NCBI GenBank assembly: GCA_046045965.1
Contig: JBJOKS010000058.1
Coordinates: 1-14,403 of the forward strand
Direction: 5' to 3'
From: Cyanobacteriota bacterium
GTDB taxonomy: Bacteria > Cyanobacteriota > Cyanobacteriia > Cyanobacteriales > Nostocaceae
DNA length: 14,403 bases
Shown: positions 7,651 to 14,403 of the stretch, in pieces
How positions within the stretch are numbered: position 1 is the first letter of the stretch
How the letters are laid out: every line of letters starts with the position of its first letter
Program-made: the position numbers and the translations under genes
Notes under the pieces: generated by a model
The model's input: the letters and a program-made list of their open reading frames with translations, nothing else
Databases searched by the model: none
Told to the model about the DNA's origin: nothing

Positions 7651-7805
7651 AACCAATCTTGCAAACTGCAAAAGTAACTTAAGGCTTTAAAAGAGAATTA
7701 AGCTCTTTGGCTTTTTTCCATTCGTAAGCTTGGTTGCTTTTGCTGCTTTGAGGCTGAATCAGGCTGATTAATTTCTGGCCTTTGGGTGATTCGTAAGCGT
7801 AACTT
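7637..7805 (+). ncRNA. IS110 bridge RNA with target-binding and donor-binding loops; ends approximate
   Basis: Two parallel internal loops of form GCUUU-N10-hairpin-...AUUC-GUAAGC (7684-7729, 7745-7798). Segment 7751-7759 equals junction 9005-9013, and 7716-7723 is the reverse complement of junction 9010-9017. Confidence 0.82.
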
Positions 7806-7829
7806 TAGTTCACACCCTTTACAAATTAT

Positions 7830-9011
7830 ATGAGAATAGTTGGTTTAGATGTCTCTAAATCATCGGTTTCGTGTTGCCTTTTAACAGAAAAACCGAGTGA
7901 TGTTAGAGAATTTTATTATGACTGCAAGTTTTACCACTTCCAGAACAACCAAGAGGGTATTTCTGGAATGCTGGCATTAAAGCCAGATGTGGCAATTCTT
8001 GAACCAACCGGGGTCAATTACTCCAAATTCTGGACTCAACTTCTGACCCGTGCTGGAGTAGAAATTAGATTAGTAGGACATAAGGAATTGCGGCGCTATC
8101 GGGAAAACCATTTACAGTTACCAGATAAAGACGACGATGCTGATTCACTGGCCATAGCTTGCTACTACTTTGATTACTGTGGCGATCGCTCTCGATGGGT
8201 GAGAGTTTTAGACCCGGTGGTTTCCAGAATCAGGGAATTAATCTTGAGATTGAACCATCTAAGTAAGGTTCAGTCCCCAATTATTAACCGTGCTAGACAG
8301 GATTTAGCTTGGCAGTTTCCAGAAGTAGCATTGGTTAATTCTCAGCGTGGTGTTTCTGGGAACGTACCTTTGCTTTGGGGATGGTTGGCAGGAGAAAGGC
8401 AAAGTACAAAATATGATCGACTTTACTCCCAAACCGCCGGCGTGGGATTAACTGATTCGGTAAAGTTTCACTCGCAGCGCATTTGTTCTTTACAGAGAGA
8501 GGAACAATTAATTGAGGATGAGTTGGCTGTATTGCTAAAGGACGCTAGGTTTGAAAAATATATACAAGTGTTTGAAGAATTTAAATTTGGCGATCGCCTT
8601 CAGGCTACTATCCTTAGTCAAATTTTCCCACTAGAAAACTTTTTTGGTGAAGATGGTAAACCAGTGGTAAAAATTCGTAAGGGTAGGATTTCTGGAAAAC
8701 CTACCAAAAGATACTTGAGCTTGAGACGATTTCAGAAGGCGTTAGGATACGCACCTACTCAAGAATCATCTGGGGATATTTCCAAAAATAAAGTATCTGG
8801 TGGGAGTGCTGTTTGTAGAAAAGCAATCTGGCAGTGGGTATTTAGCAGTGTTGAACCCGCCCGCCGTCGTTCCAATCCACTGGTCAAAGAGTTGGGTAAC
8901 TGGCTTGATCAGGAAAAGAAAGCAGGTGTACCAGTGGCATTGGTCAGGAGCAGAACGGCAGTAAAAGCTGTTAAGCTCTTATTTAAAAAACTGGTAAATT
9001 TCTTAGGCTGA
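7830..9011 (+). CDS. IS110-family DEDD recombinase/transposase
   Basis: N-terminal RuvC-like motifs GLDVSK, ILEPTG and KDDDADS, a coiled-coil middle, and a C-terminal Tnp domain with GYAPTQESSG (catalytic Ser region); intact 393 aa. Confidence 0.95.
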   Translation: MRIVGLDVSKSSVSCCLLTEKPSDVREFYYDCKFYHFQNNQEGISGMLALKPDVAILEPTGVNYSKFWTQLLTRAGVEIRLVGHKELRRYRENHLQLPDKDDDADSLAIACYYFDYCGDRSRWVRVLDPVVSRIRELILRLNHLSKVQSPIINRARQDLAWQFPEVALVNSQRGVSGNVPLLWGWLAGERQSTKYDRLYSQTAGVGLTDSVKFHSQRICSLQREEQLIEDELAVLLKDARFEKYIQVFEEFKFGDRLQATILSQIFPLENFFGEDGKPVVKIRKGRISGKPTKRYLSLRRFQKALGYAPTQESSGDISKNKVSGGSAVCRKAIWQWVFSSVEPARRRSNPLVKELGNWLDQEKKAGVPVALVRSRTAVKAVKLLFKKLVNFLG

Positions 9012-9389
9012 ATGGAAGACTATCGAGATAGGTTAGTTGTCATTGTCGCTGGTTATAGTGAAGAAATGTCGCAGTTTATTAATACTAATCCTGGGTTACA
9101 ATCGAGATTTAATAGATACTTTTATTTCGATGACTATAAACCAGAAGAACTATTAAATATTTTTGCAGGAATATGTAAGCAACAACATTATAGAATCACC
9201 CCACGAGGTCAAGAAAAATTATTGCAACAGTTTACCAAATTGTATAATGAAAAAGATAATAGTTTTGGAAATGGTAGACTTGTCAGAAATATGTTTGAGA
9301 AAATAATTGAAAGACAAGCTAACAGATTGGTGAAAATCAATGCTATTAACAAAGAAATGATGATGACTATTACCTGGGAGGATGTTTAA
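9012..9389 (+). pseudogene. 3' portion of an interrupted SpoVK/CbbX-family AAA+ ATPase gene
   Basis: MEDYRDRLVVIVAGY...NPGLQSRF...FGNGRLVRNMFEK matches the post-Walker-B and lid region. Walker A/B are absent because the sequence is fused directly to the recombinase stop. Confidence 0.88.
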
Positions 9390-9654
9390 TAACTTATCAA
9401 AAATATCACTGAATTGTTAAAAAGAGTCGGGAATATTATGCTATATTAAAATAGTATCTATTCTAAAAAACAAAAGACTGCTTGTTGCTCATGATATGCC
9501 AGCTGTTTTTTGGCCTCACAAATGAGCTGGCTGATGAGTTTCCCAGGGATTCCTTCAATTGACTCCCCTCCAATGATAGGGGTATTTGATTCGTGGCTAT
9601 CTTTTCTACCAGTTCTGATCTGGTAAGTCCCATCCCTTTGGTGGGTTTTTCATT

Positions 9655-9882
9655 AAATAAAGTATCTGGTGGTAGCACTGTCTGTAGAAAGGCGATATGG
9701 CAATGGGTTTTTGCCGCTGTGGAGCCAAAGCGCCGCCGCACTAATTTACTGGTGAAAGAGTTGGGGGAATGGTTGGATCAGGAAAAATCCACAGGTAAGC
9801 CGGTGACATTGGTGAGAAGTCGAACCGCAGTAAAAGCTGTTAAGCTCTTGTTTAAAAAATTGGTAAATCTTTTAGACTGAAT
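9655..9882 (+). pseudogene. 3' remnant of a second, paralogous IS110 recombinase
   Basis: Aligns without gaps to 8786-9013 (offset 869); 61 of 74 aa identical by hand count; also ends ...CTGAAT. Confidence 0.92.
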
Positions 9883-9911
9883 AATTAAGGAAAAATGGTT
9901 TCAGTAAAAAT

Positions 9912-11138
9912 ATGATGATTTTGGCTCAAAGCTTAACAATTGATTGGGTGTTAGTAAATACCTGCTTACAGTTTACCATTTGGGGGCTTTGCTCCTTATT
10001 ATTAGCTGAAATTCTTAGAGACAGTTACCATGCTTTGTGTCATCAAGTTACCTGGCTGGCAAAATGGCATAATAAGCATCATGCAGCTTACCGTCGTGAT
10101 TTAACGTTAGTTTCCCAAAAAGCTTACATAGATTCCCAACTGTATCACGACATAGTTGAGTCCATTATACTGGTAGTTCTATTAACAATAGTCGCCTTGG
10201 TTGTTCAGCAATGGGGTTTATGGTTGGGAGTCGCTTATGCTGTCACTTTTTTATATGGTGCATCTTTGCGATATTTTCAAGGTACAATAGACACAGATTA
10301 CAATCATTTACCTGGACCTTTAGAAGCCATTCCTTCTGTTTGGTTGGTAAATAGAACCTATCATTGGCGACATCATTTTGATGATGTGAATGCTTATTAC
10401 AGTGGTGTATTTCCTCTTGTGGATAAAATACTGGGAACCGGACTTTCTCTGAAAGGTAAAACCATTGCTTTAACTGGTGCTTCAGGTGCTTTAGGACAAG
10501 CATTAACCGCAGAACTAATTAAGCATAATGCCAAAGTGATTGCTGTAACAACTAACCCAGATAAAATAGATGTACAAACAGGGTTAAAAGTGATTTCTTG
10601 GGAATTGGGGAATGAAGCAGAACTAAAAGCCAATTTAGAAAAGGTTGATATTTTGATTATCAATCATGGTGTGAATGTTTATGGCGATCGCACATCAGCA
10701 GCCATTAAAAATTCCTACGAAGTCAATACTTTTTCAGCTTTGCGGTTAATAGATATCTTTTCTGCAACTGTCACTGGTCCAGAAGCAAAAGCAACTAAGG
10801 AAATTTGGGTTAACACATCGGAAGCGGAAGTTTCCCCAGCTTTAAGTCCTCTTTATGAACTTAGTAAACGGGCGTTAGGTGATATTATTACTCTCAAACG
10901 CTTGGACAGAGTTTGTGTAATTAGAAAGTTAATTTTGGGTCCCTTCAAAAGTCAACTTAATCCCTATGGAGTGATGTCAGCAACGCAAGTTGCACGGGGA
11001 ATTGTATTTTTAGCCAAGCGGGATTTTAGAAATATTATTGTTACGGTAAACCCGCTAACTTATTTAATTTTTCCCATCAAGGAATTTAGTACATCGTGTT
11101 ACTATCGCGTTTTTACTAAAGCAGTGAAGGGTAGTTAA
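9912..11138 (+). CDS. Bifunctional sterol desaturase / short-chain dehydrogenase
   Basis: Membrane N-terminus with His boxes (HALCH, HNKHH, HWRHH), Rossmann motif TGASGALG and catalytic YELSK. Confidence 0.92.
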   Translation: MMILAQSLTIDWVLVNTCLQFTIWGLCSLLLAEILRDSYHALCHQVTWLAKWHNKHHAAYRRDLTLVSQKAYIDSQLYHDIVESIILVVLLTIVALVVQQWGLWLGVAYAVTFLYGASLRYFQGTIDTDYNHLPGPLEAIPSVWLVNRTYHWRHHFDDVNAYYSGVFPLVDKILGTGLSLKGKTIALTGASGALGQALTAELIKHNAKVIAVTTNPDKIDVQTGLKVISWELGNEAELKANLEKVDILIINHGVNVYGDRTSAAIKNSYEVNTFSALRLIDIFSATVTGPEAKATKEIWVNTSEAEVSPALSPLYELSKRALGDIITLKRLDRVCVIRKLILGPFKSQLNPYGVMSATQVARGIVFLAKRDFRNIIVTVNPLTYLIFPIKEFSTSCYYRVFTKAVKGS

Positions 11139-11411
11139 TAAGGCTGACATTAGTAAGAATTCAGGAGTCAGGAGTCAGAATATTGGATAAATCAGTAGAT
11201 TATCAATATGTGATTTTTAGTCTCATCCTTAAAAAGCTGATTACTGATAGCTGAATCCTAATTTAATGTTTTGATCTGAACCGACAAGTATTGCCTCACA
11301 TTTTGCAATTAACCTCACAACTTCCTCACAAACTAGCTCTAAATTTTAAATAAATCTGGTGTTTTGCGTAGTATCGACAAATATCAAACTAGGCTAAGTT
11401 GTGAGGTAGTA

Positions 11412-12233
11412 ATGAGTGCATCACCATCAAGCCAAAAACCCCATTGTGCCTTAGTTTATGGTCCAGTAAAATCTTGGCGATTTGGGCGATCGCTCGGGAT
11501 CGATCCTATAGGGATAATATCTACCTGTTCCTTTAACTGTATCTATTGTCAGTTAGGGAATATTCAACAACAAACAACTCAACGGCAAATTTTTGTCCCT
11601 ACTAGCCAAATTATCTCGGAACTGCAAGCGATCGCACCTAGAGAAATACCGTTAGATGTAGTAACTATTAGTGGCAGTGGTGAACCTACCCTAGCACTGA
11701 ATTTAGAAGAAATTATCGCAGCTACAAAAGAAATCTTTAAACAACCAAAAGTAGTATTAACTAATAGCACCTTGTTAGGTGATCCATTAGTCCGTAAAGC
11801 CTTATCACTAGCTGATATTGTCGCAGTTAAATTGGATGCTGTTTCGTCAAATCAACTACTGCAAATTAATCGACCTCTAGAGACAATTGATTTACCAGAT
11901 ATTATTAAGGGAATTACACAATTTAGACAGGAATATCAGGGAAGGATGGCAATACAAACCATGATTTTGTCTTCCTGGACAGCACAAACCCAAGCCTATT
12001 ACATCCATTTGCTCAAAGTTCTCCAACCTGATGAAATACAACTTAACATTCCTTCCCGTCCCCGTGTCCTAGTTAGTCAGTTAGAATCCAGAGGTAATGA
12101 CATTGCTGAATCTCGCGCCTATACTTGTGAAAATTTCAAATTGCTCACTTTTGAAGAACTCAGTGCTATGGCACAAAAAATTCACAATGTTACTAAAATT
12201 CCTGTGCGTTATCCCATACTAGGTGACAGGTGA
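11412..12233 (+). CDS. Radical SAM protein (Fe-S oxidoreductase, Tyw1-like)
   Basis: YGPVKSWRFGRSLGID, CSFNCIYC (CxxxCxxC) and SGSGEPTL; ATG 11412 follows GAGG. Confidence 0.9.
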   Translation: MSASPSSQKPHCALVYGPVKSWRFGRSLGIDPIGIISTCSFNCIYCQLGNIQQQTTQRQIFVPTSQIISELQAIAPREIPLDVVTISGSGEPTLALNLEEIIAATKEIFKQPKVVLTNSTLLGDPLVRKALSLADIVAVKLDAVSSNQLLQINRPLETIDLPDIIKGITQFRQEYQGRMAIQTMILSSWTAQTQAYYIHLLKVLQPDEIQLNIPSRPRVLVSQLESRGNDIAESRAYTCENFKLLTFEELSAMAQKIHNVTKIPVRYPILGDR

Positions 12234-12279
12234 CAGGTGACGAGTATGTCAATGTTGTATTTTTAAGGAGTTAAGAAAA

Positions 12280-12903
12280 ATGACGACAACATCAACTGAA
12301 ATCTTATCAACATCCACAGAAATTCCCGCTGGCTATCTGAATATTATGGGTTATGTTGATAAATCAGAAGTTAATGGTCCTGGTTGTCGAGCGGTGGTTT
12401 GGGTACAAGGTTGTCCTCGTGAGTGCGAAGGTTGTTTTAATCCCGACTCTTGGACTTTTGAAATTAACAAGTTAGTTTCTATTGATCAATTAGCTGAAGA
12501 TATTATCAAAAACCCTGAAAATACAGGTGTAACTTTCTCCGGTGGTGAACCATTTTGGCAAGCATCCGCATTAGCTAGTTTAGCACGTAAGGTTAAAGCT
12601 GCCGGTTTAAATGTCATGGCTTTTACTGGTTTTACTCTCAAGCAATTACAATCTGAATCAGCACCTCCTGGATCTCAGGAATTGTTAGCAGAATTAGATA
12701 TTTTAATTGATGGTCCTTTTGTCCAGTCTCAAGCAATAAATTCTCCTTTGTCTCCTGTTTCTTCTAAAAATCAACAAGTTCATGTTTTTAACCCAGAATT
12801 TAAAGATCAAATTAGTTGGGCCAGTGATCAAATAGAAGTTCATGTTCTCAAAGATGGCGATCGCATTGTCACCGGTTATCAAGGTTGGTTAGAATTAACC
12901 TAA
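12280..12903 (+). CDS. Radical SAM protein, NrdG/organic radical activating enzyme-like
   Basis: NGPGCRAVVWVQGCPRECEGCFNP, TFSGGEPF and DILIDGPF; SD AAGGAG. Confidence 0.9.
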   Translation: MTTTSTEILSTSTEIPAGYLNIMGYVDKSEVNGPGCRAVVWVQGCPRECEGCFNPDSWTFEINKLVSIDQLAEDIIKNPENTGVTFSGGEPFWQASALASLARKVKAAGLNVMAFTGFTLKQLQSESAPPGSQELLAELDILIDGPFVQSQAINSPLSPVSSKNQQVHVFNPEFKDQISWASDQIEVHVLKDGDRIVTGYQGWLELT

Positions 12904-12932
12904 GTCAATTATCAGTTATGATTTTTAGTATT

Positions 12933-12956
12933 GGGAGCATCTAGCTCCCCTTTTTT
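12933..12956 (+). terminator. Intrinsic terminator
   Basis: GGGAGC-ATCTA-GCTCCC followed by C and T6. Confidence 0.75.
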
Positions 12957-13057
12957 ATATAACAACCCTCTGGGAAAAATATATTTATTAATACTTGGTT
13001 AATTTATGTTATAATCTTCACATCTTCATTTATGAAACTTCAATTATTCCCGCTTTT

Positions 13058-14403
13058 ATGAAACGTCTTTACTACGGTGATAATCTCCAAGTTCTCAGAG
13101 ATAAAATCCCTAATGAATCTATTGATTTAATTTACCTTGATCCGCCTTTTAATTCTAAATCTAATTATAATATTCTCTTTAAAAATGCCACTGGGGAAAA
13201 ATCAGAAGCGCAAATTACAGCTTTTGAAGATACCTGGATTTGGGGAATTGAATCAGAAAGATTTTTAGATGAAATCCAAGATCAAAAAGGAGAATTATAT
13301 CAGTTATTAGATTTATTAGTCAGAACATTAGGTAAAAATTCATTATCAGCTTATTTGGTAATGATGGCAATTAGATTAATAGAATTACATCGAGTTCTGA
13401 AATCTACAGGCAGTTTATATTTACATTGTGATACTACAGCCAGTCATTATTTAAAAATGATTTTAGACTTAATATTTGATGCTAGAAATTATCGTAACCA
13501 AATTACTTGGAAACGAACTAGCAGTCATAGCGATGCTAAAAAATATGCAAGAATTACAGATATTATTTTCTACTATGTCAAATCTAATGAATTTACATGG
13601 AATCCTCAACGCTTGAGTTATTCTGAAGAATATATCAAACAATATTATTGTAATATTGATAGCGACGGTAGAAGATTTCAATTTGATAATTTAACAAACC
13701 CAAAAACAAGCAAAGGTTATTTTTATAAATTGTTAAATTGTGATCCTCCTGAGAATGGTTGGAGAATGCCGGAATCTCGCGCCGAAGAGTGGCTAAGTCA
13801 AGGTAAAATTGCGATACCACCAACAGGGAAAACACCACGTTATAAACGTTATTTAGATGAGGTTCAAGGTAAAGTTATTCCCGATATTTGGGATGATATA
13901 CCGCCTATTAATTCTCAAGCTAAGGAAGCTTTAGGATATCCTACCCAAAAACCTTTAACATTATTAGAAAGAATCATTCAAATTAGTAGTCATCAAGATG
14001 ATATTATTCTTGATCCATTTTGTGGATGTGGAACAGCAATACACGCAGCGGAAAATTTAGGCAGAAATTGGATGGGGATTGATATTACTCATTTAGCAAT
14101 TTCTTTAATAGAAAAAAGATTAAGAGACGCTTTTCCGAGCAAATTTATTGAAGATGAAAACAAAAATCAAAAATTAGTACCAGGGATAGAATTTGAAGTT
14201 GAAGGTACACCCAAAGATTTAGCCGCAGCAATAGATTTATTTAATAGAGATGCTTATCAATTTCAATGGTGGGCTTGTTCTTTAGTCAATGCACAACCAT
14301 ATAAAGATAAAAAGAAAGGTGCAGATGGGGGAATTGATGGTTTAATCTTTTTTGAAGATGTCATAGATATCAAAAAATCAAATAAAACCGCAGTGAAAAA
14401 AAT
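13058..14403 (+). CDS. Beta-class N6-adenine/N4-cytosine DNA methyltransferase, probably fused to a C-terminal Mrr-like endonuclease domain; 3'-truncated by the window
   Basis: Hand translation from ATG 13058: MKRLYYGDNL...IDLIYLDPPFNS (motif IV), GYPTQKP, ILDPFCGCGT (motif I), then FQWWACSLV...KKGADGGIDG. Absent from the ORF track because no stop lies in the window. Confidence 0.9.
   Translation, partial: MKRLYYGDNLQVLRDKIPNESIDLIYLDPPFNSKSNYNILFKNATGEKSEAQITAFEDTWIWGIESERFLDEIQDQKGELYQLLDLLVRTLGKNSLSAYLVMMAIRLIELHRVLKSTGSLYLHCDTTASHYLKMILDLIFDARNYRNQITWKRTSSHSDAKKYARITDIIFYYVKSNEFTWNPQRLSYSEEYIKQYYCNIDSDGRRFQFDNLTNPKTSKGYFYKLLNCDPPENGWRMPESRAEEWLSQGKIAIPPTGKTPRYKRYLDEVQGKVIPDIWDDIPPINSQAKEALGYPTQKPLTLLERIIQISSHQDDIILDPFCGCGTAIHAAENLGRNWMGIDITHLAISLIEKRLRDAFPSKFIEDENKNQKLVPGIEFEVEGTPKDLAAAIDLFNRDAYQFQWWACSLVNAQPYKDKKKGADGGIDGLIFFEDVIDIKKSNKTAVKK

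Larger units (their letters stand above)
1..9013. mobile_element. Integrated prophage-like element ending in an IS110-family bridge recombinase; left end outside the window
   Basis: Cluster of hypothetical genes with a repressor, a divergent switch, a replication-like gene and a recombinase. Its right boundary fuses to a 5'-truncated AAA ATPase at 9010-9013 (GAAT). Neither the missing 5' half of the ATPase nor the predicted left junction was found in 1-7830. Confidence 0.75.
5012..12864. repeat. HIP1 octamers (GCGATCGC), 7 dispersed copies
   Basis: At 5012, 8182, 8590, 10684, 11486, 11628 and 12857; a hallmark of many cyanobacterial genomes. Confidence 0.9.

Noticed and set aside
9193..9201. 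GAATCACCC matching the predicted right donor half-site
   Set aside because: It lies inside the ATPase reading frame, which continues normally on both sides, and it is on the wrong side of the recombinase; treated as a chance match.
9531..9560. CTGATGA as a second hammerhead core (also at 3728 and 4937)
   Set aside because: No correctly placed stem II-GAAA-stem III arrangement follows.
9463..9741. 92-aa minus-strand ORF and the N-terminal 21 aa of ORF 9593-9880
   Set aside because: Both cross the deletion breakpoint near 9655. The GLTRSELVEKIA stretch might be a ribbon-helix-helix remnant, but support is too weak to call.
95..13838. Antisense or alternate-frame ORFs in the track (95-289, 734-1066, 3046-3396, 3221-3430, 4957-5208, 5157-5435, 10243-10503, 10397-10663, 11579-11770, 13469-13681, 13635-13838)
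   Set aside because: Shadows of longer, better supported genes on the opposite strand.

Overview
AT-rich DNA from a filamentous, probably Nostocales cyanobacterium (7 HIP1 GCGATCGC sites, heptameric STRR repeats). Positions 1 to ~9013 look like the right part of an integrated prophage-like element. It has a + strand block of unknown structural-looking genes, a - strand block (HTH repressor, putative replication initiator, hypothetical proteins), a divergent operator/promoter switch and a ~490-nt densely structured non-coding leader. These are followed by a type I hammerhead ribozyme, a two-loop bridge-RNA-like sequence and an IS110-family DEDD recombinase. The recombinase stop codon lies in the junction AGGCT-GAAT-GGAA, which fuses directly to the 3' half of an interrupted SpoVK/CbbX-like AAA+ ATPase gene. 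Both halves of that junction are written into the guide segments of the RNA. The most interesting reading is a >9-kb virus-like element that uses an RNA-guided IS110 bridge recombinase as its integrase, with a self-cleaving ribozyme making the bridge RNA 5' end. Downstream are a remnant of a sibling recombinase ending at the same GAAT core, then host genes: sterol desaturase/SDR fusion, two radical SAM proteins and a beta-class DNA methyltransferase running off the window end.
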